Counted from the first letter of the stretch, positions 18,018-28,101 are shown. The stretch: DNA of 40,202 nucleotides from an uncultured Thermodesulfatator sp. (GCA_964636875.1 CAZWTB010000100.1:1-40202); one strand, 5' to 3'. Notes: a model not told the origin generated them from the letters alone. Numbers and translations: made by a program.

Positions 18018-18809
18018 ATGTCAGAATTTAGAGTTTTTAAGAATTTTAAAATTTTAGGATTAATACTACTATTTCTTTTTATAGGAGGAACTGCAGGGAT
18101 TAAAACATCGTGGGCACGCTGTCCCAGTATAAAAAAATTTCAAAAAATATTAAATCAGATACAGCCAGGAATAAAAATTATCAGTATAAGAAAAATAAAA
18201 GTTGCAAATCTGTGTGAGGTGGTAGTTAAATTGGGACTTGACAGAAAAGGGCTTTTTTATGTGGATCCCACAGGAAGATACATTATTGCAGGAAGAATCC
18301 TGGATCTGGTTACGAAAAGAAATATAACAGGTGAAAGACTTGCAGAACTGAACAGAAGATTTTTAAGTAAAAAACAACTTGCTCAACTTGATAAGATGGT
18401 AGATTTTACTTATGGAAAGTCCTCCAACATTATTTATCTTATCACCGATCCAGATTGTCCTTTCTGTAAAAGGGCTGAAGCTATTCTTGATCAGTTGGTA
18501 AAAGAAGGAAAACTCAGGGTAAAAGTAATTCTTCTTCCTCTGGAAAGACTTCATCCACAGGCAAAAAAGAAAGCTATTTCTATCTTGTGTGACAAAAAAG
18601 GATTTGAAGCCCTCAGAAAAGGATATTCAAGTAAGAATCAATGCCAGACAGGTAAAGAAAAGGTGGAAAAAAATATAAAATTTTTACTCAGAGATCTTAG
18701 AATACATGCAACCCCGACTTTTGTATTTCCTGACGGTGAGGTTAAATCCGGGGTTCTCTCAAAAGATTATATCTTAAAAAAACTTAAAAATGTTAAAAAA
18801 GGCACTTAA
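18018..18809 (+). CDS. dsbC: DsbC-family periplasmic thiol:disulfide isomerase
   Basis: Signal peptide, dimerisation region FYVDPTGRYIIAG, TDPDCPFC active site, LPLERLHPQA and ATPT cis-Pro motif. Confidence 0.9.
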   Translation: MSEFRVFKNFKILGLILLFLFIGGTAGIKTSWARCPSIKKFQKILNQIQPGIKIISIRKIKVANLCEVVVKLGLDRKGLFYVDPTGRYIIAGRILDLVTKRNITGERLAELNRRFLSKKQLAQLDKMVDFTYGKSSNIIYLITDPDCPFCKRAEAILDQLVKEGKLRVKVILLPLERLHPQAKKKAISILCDKKGFEALRKGYSSKNQCQTGKEKVEKNIKFLLRDLRIHATPTFVFPDGEVKSGVLSKDYILKKLKNVKKGT

Positions 18810-18810
18810 A

Positions 18811-19383
18811 ATGAATCGGTTAGAAGAAAAAACTCTCAGTGAAAAAGAAAAGAAGTTTTTACTAAAACTTGCCAGAAAAACTCTTGAGACTTATTTTAAA
18901 GGAATGGAACTCGAAGTAGAAGTGCCTGAGGACTGTCCCAATCTTTATGAAAAAAGAGGGGTTTTTGTTACTCTTACCAAACACGGCAATCTGCGAGGAT
19001 GCATAGGAACACTTGAACCACTTTATCCTCTTGTGGAAGGAGTAAAAAGAATGGCAATTTCTGCTGCTACAGAGGATCCGAGATTTCCTCCTCTTTCTCC
19101 TGAAGAGCTTTCCGAAGTAGAGATAGAAATCTCCGTGCTTTCTCCGATGAAAAAGGGAAATCCTGAAGAGGTTGTGGTAGGTAAACATGGAGTTTATGCT
19201 GTAAAAGGCTTCCATAGAGGGGTGCTTCTGCCTCAGGTCCCTCTGGAATATGGATGGGATAAAGAAACTTTTTTGGAGCATGTCTGTCTTAAAGCAGGAC
19301 TTCCCAGAAATTGTTACAAAGATCCTTCTGTAACCTTTTACCTCTTTACAGCCGAAGTTTTCAGTGAAAGAGATTACTCTTAG
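18811..19383 (+). CDS. amrA: AmmeMemoRadiSam system protein A (AMMECR1 family)
   Basis: GVFVTL...LRGCIG, EDPRFPP, EISVLS, GVLLPQV, CLKAGL. Start placed at ATG 18811, just after the dsbC stop; 18790 is an alternative. Confidence 0.93.
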   Translation: MNRLEEKTLSEKEKKFLLKLARKTLETYFKGMELEVEVPEDCPNLYEKRGVFVTLTKHGNLRGCIGTLEPLYPLVEGVKRMAISAATEDPRFPPLSPEELSEVEIEISVLSPMKKGNPEEVVVGKHGVYAVKGFHRGVLLPQVPLEYGWDKETFLEHVCLKAGLPRNCYKDPSVTFYLFTAEVFSERDYS

Positions 19384-19385
19384 AT

Positions 19386-19688
19386 ATGGACTGGAAAGAA
19401 AAATGGAAAAAAATTGAAGAGGCAAGAAAACTCTTAAAACTTCCCTTAAAAACCACGAGAAAAGATATAATAGAAAGTTATAGAAAACTTGTAAAAACTG
19501 CTCATCCAGACAAAGGAGGTAATGAAGAATATATAAAAAAGTTAAATTCAGCTTACGAACTGCTTATAGAATATTGTGACAATTATATAATAAACCTTGC
19601 TCCTAATGACGATGGAGCAAGTCCTTCTGAATGGTGGTTCAGACATTTTGGAAGTGATCCAATCTGGGGACAGCAGGAGGAGGACTAA
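19386..19688 (+). CDS. Small J-domain protein
   Basis: YRKLVKTAHPDKGG...LNSAYELL (HPD motif); aromatic C-terminal WWFRHFGSDPIWG. Confidence 0.9.
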   Translation: MDWKEKWKKIEEARKLLKLPLKTTRKDIIESYRKLVKTAHPDKGGNEEYIKKLNSAYELLIEYCDNYIINLAPNDDGASPSEWWFRHFGSDPIWGQQEED

Positions 19689-19691
19689 AGT

Positions 19692-20930
19692 ATGTTAATA
19701 GTGCAAAAATACGGAGGAACTTCTGTTGGAACTCTTGAAAGAATTAAAAAAGTGGCAGAGAAAATTCTGGTTCGTAAAAAAGAAGGAAATGATATTGTGG
19801 TTGTGGTATCTGCCATGGCAGGAGAAACGGATAGACTTATTAATCTTGCAAAAGAAATCACAGAAAACCCTCCTTTAAGAGAGCTTGATCTTCTGGTTTC
19901 AACAGGTGAACAGGTAAGCTCCGCCCTTCTTTCCATAACCCTTCAAAGTATGGGATGCCCTTCTGTTGCTCTACTGGGTTATCAGGTGCCAATTTATACT
20001 GATAATCTTTATACAAAAGCCAGAATAAAAGAGATAAAGATTGATAGAATAAAAAAAGAACTTGCTCAGGGAAAAGTTGTAATAGTTGCGGGTTTTCAGG
20101 GTGTTACCCGGGAGGGAGATATAACAACCCTTGGAAGAGGAGGATCTGATACAACAGCAGTTGCTCTTTCTGCAGCACTTAAAGCGGATTTGTGTGAAAT
20201 CTATACGGATGTTGAGGGGGTTTTTACAGCTGATCCCAGAATAGTGCCCAGAGCAAGGAAATTGAAAAAAATCTCCTACGAAGAAATGCTTGAAATGGCA
20301 AGTTCAGGAGCCAAAGTTCTGGAAATGCGATCTGTGGAACTTGCAATGATATATAAAGTCCCTCTGGTAGTAAGGTCAAGCTTTTCAGAAGCAGAAGGAA
20401 CCCTTATTACAGAGGAGGATGAAGAAATGGAAAAAGTGGTGGTTTCAGGAGTAACATATAACAGAAACGAAGCAAGAATTAGCATTTATGGAGTGCCTGA
20501 CAAACCAGGAGTTGCAGCAAAAGTTTTTGGACCTGTAGGAGAACGGGGTATAGTGGTTGATATGATCATCCAGACAGCAAGACCAGATGGCAAAGCTGAT
20601 CTTACTTTTACAGTCCCAAAAACAGATTACAAGGAAGCTCTTAAAATTGTAAAAGAAATCGGAAACGAAATAGGAGCAGAAAGAATTGAAGGAGACGAAA
20701 ACATAGCCAAGGTCTCCATCATAGGAGCAGGAATGAGAACTCATTCCGGAGTAGCAACCAAAATGTTTAAAACACTCGCAGATCACGGAATAAACATAAT
20801 GATGATCTCCACCTCTGAAATAAAAATATCCTGTGTAATAGATGAAAAATATACCGAACGTGCAGTAAGAGCTCTCCACGAAGCCTTTAACTTGGAAGAA
20901 GAAAAAATAAAAAATGAAAACCCTTCCTAA
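19692..20930 (+). CDS. lysC: Aspartate kinase
   Basis: VQKYGGTSV, VVSAMAG, TLGRGGSDTTA, YTDVEGV and two ACT domains. Confidence 0.97.
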   Translation: MLIVQKYGGTSVGTLERIKKVAEKILVRKKEGNDIVVVVSAMAGETDRLINLAKEITENPPLRELDLLVSTGEQVSSALLSITLQSMGCPSVALLGYQVPIYTDNLYTKARIKEIKIDRIKKELAQGKVVIVAGFQGVTREGDITTLGRGGSDTTAVALSAALKADLCEIYTDVEGVFTADPRIVPRARKLKKISYEEMLEMASSGAKVLEMRSVELAMIYKVPLVVRSSFSEAEGTLITEEDEEMEKVVVSGVTYNRNEARISIYGVPDKPGVAAKVFGPVGERGIVVDMIIQTARPDGKADLTFTVPKTDYKEALKIVKEIGNEIGAERIEGDENIAKVSIIGAGMRTHSGVATKMFKTLADHGINIMMISTSEIKISCVIDEKYTERAVRALHEAFNLEEEKIKNENPS

Positions 20931-20952
20931 GTTTTTCGCTTCTCTTCTATAA

Positions 20953-23900
20953 ATGAAAAAAAGAAATATTCTTCTTACATGCGGGGTCTTGTTTTTCCTC
21001 CTTTCTATTTTTGCTATTTTTATTATCTTCAATCTGGATCTTATCTTTAATCAATCTTTTGTAAAACAAAAAATTGAACAATACTTTAAAAATAAATATC
21101 ATATTTCGTTTTTTTATAAAAAAACTTTTATTAATCCCGGTTTTAAAAACTTTATAATAGAAATCAGTTCCGCTCAGATTCTATCAGACAGGTTTAAAGG
21201 AGAAATAGAGAAAATAAAACTCAAAATTCCCTTAAATGCCATTCTGAAGCTCGATTTTATTCCAGAAAAAATTCTTCTTCAAAATCCGGTGTTTATTCTA
21301 AATTCTGGCAGAAAAAAAACTTCTCTTCTGGTAACACGATCTTCGGGTTCAACCAGAAAAGTGGAATTTAAAATTTTAAACTCTGAAAAAGACTTCTGGA
21401 AAAAAATAGCAAAATATCTTCAGCCTTTTAAAAAGACTTTAATAGAAATTTCTCAGGGCAAGGTGGTGCTGAAAAAAGAAAATCTGAGTTTTAAAAATAT
21501 AGATGCCCTTATTTCCATTCAGGGAGTGCAGACTCTTTTTGAGATAAATGCTTTTTCTTCCTTTTCATCTTCAATTTATATTAAAGGCATACTGAATTAT
21601 CAAACAAGATTTTCAGAAATTACTCTTAAAGTGAGGGATATCGATCTTGCCACTTTTCCTGTGTTTTTTAAAAAAGGCTTACAATTCAGTGACTTAAATT
21701 TAAATTCTGAAATTTCTATTGAAGAAAGCAAAATAAGTGCTGGATTTAACGGAAATTTTATTTTTTACTTAAAAAAGGATAAAAAAGGATTTCAGATTAT
21801 TTCCTGTGAAAAATTTGAAGGAATTTTCTTAAAAACCCCGGATGGATTCAAAGTTCAGATATCCAGGATCAAACTCAGCAATCCAGAACTTACCATAAAA
21901 CTGGTTTTCTACAAAAAAAATTCTTTATATTACTTCAATTCAACCTTTTCCCGTTTTTCTCTGAGTAAATTAAATTCCCTTTTAAAATGTAAAAGTTTAA
22001 AAAAACTTGAAAAAGTTTTAAACTATATAAAAGCAGGAAATTTTACAAACTTCAAAATTCAGGCAGTTGCTTTAAATCCTGAGACACTGTTTCAATTACA
22101 AAATATGGAAATAGGAACCTCTGTATCTGGAGGAGAATTTGTTTTAAAAAAACCAGAATTAAAATTTTCCCGTATTCATGGTTTTTTTTCAATTAAAGGA
22201 GAAAGGCTGAAATTCAAAGGAGATGCTCTTTTAAAACCCGGAATACAGCTTAAAATACAAGCACTCTCTTTTAAATTAACCAAACCCCATGAAATTTTAC
22301 TTCGCACTTACTTTAAAGGAAAAGCCCCTGTAGTAAAGAAAAAAGCCCTATCCTTGTGTAAAAGCCTTTCTTTTTTGAAAAAATTCAGATTCAGGGGAAA
22401 AATTTCGGGTTTTCTTGAATTAAAGGGACCGCTTCATGCTTTAAAAACAGAGGTAAAACTCCACTTTAAAAATAATGAAGTAAAACTGCCTTCTTTTTTT
22501 GAAAAAGTTTTCATTATAAAAGGCGAGCTCTTTTACAAGCACCCGGAGTTAAAATTTGAAAAATTTTCCCTTAAAATGCAGAATATTTCTCTGAATGAAC
22601 TGAACTGCACATATAACACTGTAACTCATAAAATAAAAATTTTTATTAAAAACACCTGGATTTTTAAAAAAGCTCTAATGAAACTTCTTCAAAAAAATGC
22701 AGTGTTGAGAAAACTTTTTCAGGATTATGACTTAAAGGTCGAAAAGGTATTTATACAAAAAGGACATTATACAGGAATTTTTGACGCAAAAAGGGGTAAA
22801 CTTTTAAATCTTGAGAAAAAACTGTATTTAAAAGGAATACTTTACAATGGTTCTCTTATACTCCATTTCAGAAAGCTTCCCTGTCGTGTAAAAATAAAAA
22901 AAGTTAGATTTGAGTGGAACAAAGGGGCTTTAAATCTAAAAAAAGGGAAATTTAAAGTTAATGAGTCCCTTTTTAATCTCCAGAAAGGGTTTTATAATGG
23001 GAAAATTTATTTGATAAAAGGAAAAGGAGAATTAAAAAAAGAATTAGCAGAAGCCCTTTTAAAAATTCTTGTTTTTAAAAAAAAAGTCAAACTGCGGATT
23101 TCACCAGATTTAAAAGATTTTTATTTTTTATATAAAAAGGGAGGAAATTATCTTCTCAATGCCACTGTAGAAGCTGAAAAAAATCACTTTACAATATTTA
23201 TAAAAAAAACAGCCTCTTATTTTCAGATGGATCTTAATTACTGCTCCACTACAGAAAATACCTTTTTTTTTAGATACCTGAAGGATAGAGGCAATATTTA
23301 CTTTAAAGCCAGAGGGAATTTTAAACCCGAAAAAATAGCTGGTTTATTTTTAAAAAACTTCAGCACAGATGGGAAAGTCATCCTTGATCTCTGGATTTCT
23401 TTTGAGAAAAAGCCCGAATTTACGGTATCTCAATTTTTAAGAGACTATTTACAAAACAGAATTACAATAAAAGGCTTCTTAATTGCTAAAAATCTCGTGT
23501 TCAAACAAAAAAATTTGATTGTGAACTATTCAGGAAAAATTGAATGTAAAAAAGGTATAAAACTTAAAATTGACAAATTCAGAGTAAATGGAGCAGGTGT
23601 TGATCTGTTTCTTACTGAAAGTAATTTTTCCACTGCTTTCAAAAGAAAAAAGCTTTCTGTAAAAGGGAAACTTAATGCAGAATTTATTGATTTGAGTAAA
23701 TTGTTAAACAAAAAGCAGAAGAAAAGTGACTGGTTCGGAATATTAAAAAAATTTCCTTTAGAAATAAAAATTTCTCTTAATTTTTACAAAGTAAAAATAA
23801 AAAAAGGTTATAACATTGGTCTTAAAAATGGAGCTTTTCTTTATAGAGATGGAAAAGCTTGGCTTAAGTTTCTTAAGGCTGATTTTTGTAATGTAATTGG

Positions 23901-24651
23901 GAAAATTTATTATAAACGGGATGAAAAAAAGCAGTGGTTTTTTATAAAAGTTCCTGAAACAGAAGGGGAGCTTTTAAAGCTTACAGCCTGTCTTTACAGA
24001 GGTAATCTTAAAAGGGTGTCTCTTGAGGGATCCTATCATCTCAAAGGATTTCTTTATGGAGAGGGTAAAACTGATTTTACAGAAAAAAATTTTGGAACCT
24101 TTTCTTTATCTGCCAGAAATGGTTACATATATCGAGCCCCTCTTCTTGCAAGAATTCTTGCTTTTTTAAGTCCTATAGATCTCTTTAAAGGGAAAATTCC
24201 CAGACTTGGTTCAGAAGCTCTTCAATACGACAAATTTCAGATTAAATCCTTTATTTATAACTCCAGAATAATGTTTAATAAAATCTTCCTTTCTGCCTCA
24301 GGATTCAGACTTTTTGGAGAAGGAGAATATGACATAAAAAAAGATAGATTAAATCTAACTTTTTATGCCTCTCCCTTTAAAACTATTGATGTAATAGTGG
24401 AAAATATTCCTTTTATTGGGAAGAAAATCCTCGGAAAGGAAAAAATGCTTATATTTTTTCCTTTAAAAGTTTCAGGAACAAGAAAAAAAATTTCTATAAT
24501 TCCCCTTCATCCCATAAGTCTGGGAAAAGGTATAAAGGACTTTATATTCAGACTTTTTGGAGCTGAAGGAAAATACTTTAGTCAGCCAAAAAAATACAAA
24601 TTTAAAATCCCTGCAGTAGAGAAAAAAATTCAGAAAGAATTCAATTTTTAG
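20953..24651 (+). CDS. Large AsmA-like/YhdP-type envelope protein
   Basis: N-terminal TM anchor, long amphipathic beta-rich body and AsmA_2-like C-terminus (PFKTIDVIVENIPFIGKKILG...LKVSGT). Confidence 0.75.
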   Translation: MKKRNILLTCGVLFFLLSIFAIFIIFNLDLIFNQSFVKQKIEQYFKNKYHISFFYKKTFINPGFKNFIIEISSAQILSDRFKGEIEKIKLKIPLNAILKLDFIPEKILLQNPVFILNSGRKKTSLLVTRSSGSTRKVEFKILNSEKDFWKKIAKYLQPFKKTLIEISQGKVVLKKENLSFKNIDALISIQGVQTLFEINAFSSFSSSIYIKGILNYQTRFSEITLKVRDIDLATFPVFFKKGLQFSDLNLNSEISIEESKISAGFNGNFIFYLKKDKKGFQIISCEKFEGIFLKTPDGFKVQISRIKLSNPELTIKLVFYKKNSLYYFNSTFSRFSLSKLNSLLKCKSLKKLEKVLNYIKAGNFTNFKIQAVALNPETLFQLQNMEIGTSVSGGEFVLKKPELKFSRIHGFFSIKGERLKFKGDALLKPGIQLKIQALSFKLTKPHEILLRTYFKGKAPVVKKKALSLCKSLSFLKKFRFRGKISGFLELKGPLHALKTEVKLHFKNNEVKLPSFFEKVFIIKGELFYKHPELKFEKFSLKMQNISLNELNCTYNTVTHKIKIFIKNTWIFKKALMKLLQKNAVLRKLFQDYDLKVEKVFIQKGHYTGIFDAKRGKLLNLEKKLYLKGILYNGSLILHFRKLPCRVKIKKVRFEWNKGALNLKKGKFKVNESLFNLQKGFYNGKIYLIKGKGELKKELAEALLKILVFKKKVKLRISPDLKDFYFLYKKGGNYLLNATVEAEKNHFTIFIKKTASYFQMDLNYCSTTENTFFFRYLKDRGNIYFKARGNFKPEKIAGLFLKNFSTDGKVILDLWISFEKKPEFTVSQFLRDYLQNRITIKGFLIAKNLVFKQKNLIVNYSGKIECKKGIKLKIDKFRVNGAGVDLFLTESNFSTAFKRKKLSVKGKLNAEFIDLSKLLNKKQKKSDWFGILKKFPLEIKISLNFYKVKIKKGYNIGLKNGAFLYRDGKAWLKFLKADFCNVIGKIYYKRDEKKQWFFIKVPETEGELLKLTACLYRGNLKRVSLEGSYHLKGFLYGEGKTDFTEKNFGTFSLSARNGYIYRAPLLARILAFLSPIDLFKGKIPRLGSEALQYDKFQIKSFIYNSRIMFNKIFLSASGFRLFGEGEYDIKKDRLNLTFYASPFKTIDVIVENIPFIGKKILGKEKMLIFFPLKVSGTRKKISIIPLHPISLGKGIKDFIFRLFGAEGKYFSQPKKYKFKIPAVEKKIQKEFNF

Positions 24652-24652
24652 T

Positions 24653-25387
24653 GTGTTAAAAGAAGTGAAAGATATTTCCAGAATTATTATTTTTGAAGAC
24701 AAGCATATACTGGTGGTAAACAAGCCTGCAGGATTGGTTGTTCAGGGAGGAAAACCAGAGGAATCTCTCTGGAGAAAATTAAAAGATTTTATAAAAATAA
24801 GAGACGGTAAACCAGGAGAGGCTTTTCTTGGAGTGGTGCATAGACTTGACAAACCGGTTTCAGGGGTTCTTATTTTTGCAAAAAGAAGCAAGTCTGCAAG
24901 AAGGCTCTTTGAAAGTTTTACCAGTGGAATGGTGGAAAAGGTTTATCTGGCTATAGTAGAAGGGCAGTTAAGAAAAGGTGGATTATGGAAAGATAAAATG
25001 ATCTGGGATAAAAAAGAAAAAATTGCTTTAACTTTCGTTCAACCGGTGGTTTATTTTAGAGGTCAGACACAGGTTCTGCTTTATCCTGTTACAGGAAGAA
25101 AGCACCAATTAAGAAAAGTTCTTTCTGCAAGAGGTTATCCAATTGTAGGAGATACAAAATACCATTCCAGAGAAAAAATCCTGGGAGGAAGGGCAATTCT
25201 TCTTCATGCAATCTATCTATCTGTTCCACATCCTATTACCAGAGAAAAACTCGAATTTTTCGCAAATCCTCCTGATTATTTTACCTGGATAGCCCTTGAC
25301 AAAAGACAAATTTTGGAGTTTCTTTATAGAGTTAAAAAATTTAAAAGCAGTCTCTCTTTAAAAGAGGGAAAAGATGTGTCAGGCTAA
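24653..25387 (+). CDS. RluA-family RNA pseudouridine synthase
   Basis: VVNKPAGL, VHRLDKPVSG (catalytic Asp), TGRKHQLR, PIVGDTKY, LHA. Confidence 0.92.
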   Translation: MLKEVKDISRIIIFEDKHILVVNKPAGLVVQGGKPEESLWRKLKDFIKIRDGKPGEAFLGVVHRLDKPVSGVLIFAKRSKSARRLFESFTSGMVEKVYLAIVEGQLRKGGLWKDKMIWDKKEKIALTFVQPVVYFRGQTQVLLYPVTGRKHQLRKVLSARGYPIVGDTKYHSREKILGGRAILLHAIYLSVPHPITREKLEFFANPPDYFTWIALDKRQILEFLYRVKKFKSSLSLKEGKDVSG

Positions 25388-25577
25388 GATATGGATAAGA
25401 GTAAAGGATAAAGAAAAAGAATACTGCAGGGATATAACAGAACTTAAAGTAGAAAAAGGGAAAATAGTGCTTAAAAGTTTCTTTGAGCCGGATAAAGTAA
25501 TAGAAGGCAATATAAAAGAAATAGACTTTTTAAAAGGAAAGGTGGTGATAGAAAGTGAAAAATTCCCGGAAAACTGA
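25374..25577 (+). CDS. cooT: CooT-family nickel-binding protein
   Basis: MCQ start (Cys2), 67 aa, pattern LKSFFEPDKVIEGNIKEIDFLKGKVVI typical of CooT. Confidence 0.75.
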   Translation: MCQAKIWIRVKDKEKEYCRDITELKVEKGKIVLKSFFEPDKVIEGNIKEIDFLKGKVVIESEKFPEN

Positions 25578-25743
25578 TGAAGAATTTGTAAAGCTCTGTT
25601 CAAATTGCGCCTGGAGGGAAAATTGTATAAAAAAATTCAGTATGGATAATACAAAACCAGTTAAGTGTCCTGATTATTCTCCAGATTACACTTTGATAAA
25701 AAAGCTTAAAGAAACCTCTGAAGTACAGGGGGAGGAGAATTGA
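25555..25743 (+). CDS. Small four-cysteine hypothetical protein
   Basis: CSNCAWRENCIKKF...CPDY; overlaps both neighbours and carries the argS RBS (GGAGGAG). Confidence 0.7.
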   Translation: MKNSRKTDEEFVKLCSNCAWRENCIKKFSMDNTKPVKCPDYSPDYTLIKKLKETSEVQGEEN

Positions 25744-27395
25744 TAAAAAAGCTTATAAAAGAAAAAATTTTACAGGAAATAAAAAAGCTTTTTGGAGAAG
25801 TAGGAGAAATTAAATTTGAAGTTGAAAAACCCAAGAAAGAAATTTTTGGAGATTATGCAACCAATGCCCCTCTTGTATTAAGAGGGAAGATAAAAAAGAA
25901 CCCTCTTGAAATCGCGGAAAAACTTGCAGAAAGACTAAAAAATGAAGAAATTTTTGAAAAAGTTGAACCTGCGCCTCCGGGTTTTGTAAATTTCTGGATA
26001 AGTTTAAACTATTATCTTCACAATTTAAAGGAAATTATTGAAAAAGGAGAAGAGTATGGAAGAACTTCCATAGGAAAAGGTATAAAGGTTCTTGTTGAAT
26101 TTGTTTCTGCAAACCCCACAGGTCCTCTTCATATAGGACATGGAAGAGGAGCAGGATACGGAGATTCACTCGCAAGACTTCTTGAATTTGCAGGCTATGA
26201 AGTGGTTAGAGAATATTATATAAATGATAGAGGCACTCAGATAGATATTCTGGGAAATTCTGTTTACCTAAGGGCAAAAGAACTTAAAGGAGAAAAAATA
26301 GAGTTTCCAGAGGATCATTACAGAGGAGCGTATATATACGAAATTGCAAAAAAAATTCTTGAAAAATCCCCTACCCTTCTCGAAATGGAAAAAGAAAAAG
26401 CTCTGGAAATATGTAAAAAAGAAGCAGTTAAACTTATTCTTGAAGAAATAAAAAAAGATCTGGAGGACTTTAGAGTTTTTTTTGATAACTGGTATTCTGA
26501 AAAAGAACTTTATAAGAGAGGCAAGGTAAAGCAGGTTCTGGAGGTGCTGAAGGAAAAAGAACTCATTTATGAAAAAGACGGTGCTCTCTGGTTTGCTTCT
26601 TCCAGACTGGGAGATGAAAAAGACAGGGTTCTTGTTAAATCTACAGGAGAATTTACCTATTTTGCAGGTGACATAGCCTATCATTATGAAAAATTTGTGG
26701 AAAGAAAATTTGATATATGCGTAAATGTATGGGGAGCAGATCACCACGGGTATATCCCAAGACTCAGATCTGCTTTAAAAGGACTGGGAGTAAATCCCGA
26801 ATTTTTAAAAGTTATCCTTATACAGATGGTAAATCTTATTGAAGGTGGAGAAATTAAAAGCATGTCAACAAGAGCAGGAGAATTTGTTACTTTAAGAGAA
26901 CTTATGGATGATGTAGGAGTTGATGCAGTAAGATTTGTCTTTTTATCCCGTTCTCCTGATTCTCCTCTTGATTTTGACATAGATCTTGCAAAAAAACAAT
27001 CTCAGGAAAATCCTGTTTATTATGTTCAGTATGCCCATGCAAGAATTTGCAGTGTCTTTGAAAAAGCTAAAGAAAAAGGAATAAAATTACCGGAAAACTG
27101 GCAGGATGTGGATTTTTCTTTTTTAAAAGAGGAAGCGGAAATTAAACTTTTAAAAATGCTTGAATATTTTAAAGAAGTAATTGAAGATTCTGCAAAAAGC
27201 TTTTCTCCCTACAAAATAACCTATTATCTTCTTGAGCTTGCATCTATTTTTCACGAATATTATACAAAACATAGAATTCTTCTGGAAGAGAACATGAGCT
27301 TAACTCTTGCAAGACTGGGGCTATGTCTGGGATGTAAGGTAGTAATTAAAACCGGACTCTATCTTCTCGGGGTCTCTGCCCCACAAAAAATGTAA
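25740..27395 (+). CDS. argS: Arginine--tRNA ligase
   Basis: GDYATN, EFVSANPTGPLHIGHGR (HIGH), WGADHHGY, MSTRAG, YYVQYAHARI; TTG start. Confidence 0.98.
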   Translation: MIKKLIKEKILQEIKKLFGEVGEIKFEVEKPKKEIFGDYATNAPLVLRGKIKKNPLEIAEKLAERLKNEEIFEKVEPAPPGFVNFWISLNYYLHNLKEIIEKGEEYGRTSIGKGIKVLVEFVSANPTGPLHIGHGRGAGYGDSLARLLEFAGYEVVREYYINDRGTQIDILGNSVYLRAKELKGEKIEFPEDHYRGAYIYEIAKKILEKSPTLLEMEKEKALEICKKEAVKLILEEIKKDLEDFRVFFDNWYSEKELYKRGKVKQVLEVLKEKELIYEKDGALWFASSRLGDEKDRVLVKSTGEFTYFAGDIAYHYEKFVERKFDICVNVWGADHHGYIPRLRSALKGLGVNPEFLKVILIQMVNLIEGGEIKSMSTRAGEFVTLRELMDDVGVDAVRFVFLSRSPDSPLDFDIDLAKKQSQENPVYYVQYAHARICSVFEKAKEKGIKLPENWQDVDFSFLKEEAEIKLLKMLEYFKEVIEDSAKSFSPYKITYYLLELASIFHEYYTKHRILLEENMSLTLARLGLCLGCKVVIKTGLYLLGVSAPQKM

Positions 27396-27408
27396 CACGG
27401 GGTAAAAA

Positions 27409-28095
27409 ATGGCTGAGGAAAAGAAAAAAGAAGAAAAGAAAAAACAAAAAGGTGGAAAAAAAATAAAAATAGAAGTTAGCAGACTGGGATTTGTGTTTAT
27501 CATTCTTTTTGTTCTGTGTGTGCTTGTGTGGACATTTATAATTGGAGTGTGGATGGGAAATAAACTTGCAGAAGAAACAAAAATTTCTACCAGTGAACCT
27601 GAAAAGTTCTTTACTTATGAAAACCAAACCAGAAAAAATTCTCATGAAATTGGTGTTTCTGAGAAAAAAATTATCGAAAAAAAATCCGAAAAAAAACAGA
27701 CTGAAAAAATAGAAATAAAACCTCACAGTGTAGTGGTTCATAAAAATCTTCTGAATGAAATGGTTTCTGGAAAATTTGAGTCCAAAGAGAAAAAAAATAA
27801 AACTCATTCAGTTAAAAAGCATCATCCAGTAAGCAGAAAGAAGGTTAAAAAAGTTAAAACCATCTATTATAGTGTTCAGATAGGAGCATTTTCAAAATAT
27901 ACTTCAGCAATTACTTTAAAAAGAAAATTTGAAAAAAGAGGCTACAGGGTTTTTATAAAAAAATTGCTTAAAGGAAAAAGAATTCTTTACAGAGTGCTTG
28001 TTGGCAAATTTGCTTCTTTAACACTTGCTAAAAAAGAGCTAAAAAAAATTTCCAGAGAATTTCCAGAAGAAAAGCCTTTTGTGGTGAAATTTTAA
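27409..28095 (+). CDS. SPOR-domain cell division protein (FtsN/DedD-like)
   Basis: N-terminal TM, charged linker, C-terminal YSVQIGAF...YRVLVGKF; typical argS-SPOR order. Confidence 0.88.
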   Translation: MAEEKKKEEKKKQKGGKKIKIEVSRLGFVFIILFVLCVLVWTFIIGVWMGNKLAEETKISTSEPEKFFTYENQTRKNSHEIGVSEKKIIEKKSEKKQTEKIEIKPHSVVVHKNLLNEMVSGKFESKEKKNKTHSVKKHHPVSRKKVKKVKTIYYSVQIGAFSKYTSAITLKRKFEKRGYRVFIKKLLKGKRILYRVLVGKFASLTLAKKELKKISREFPEEKPFVVKF

Positions 28096-28101
28096 AGAGT
28101 T

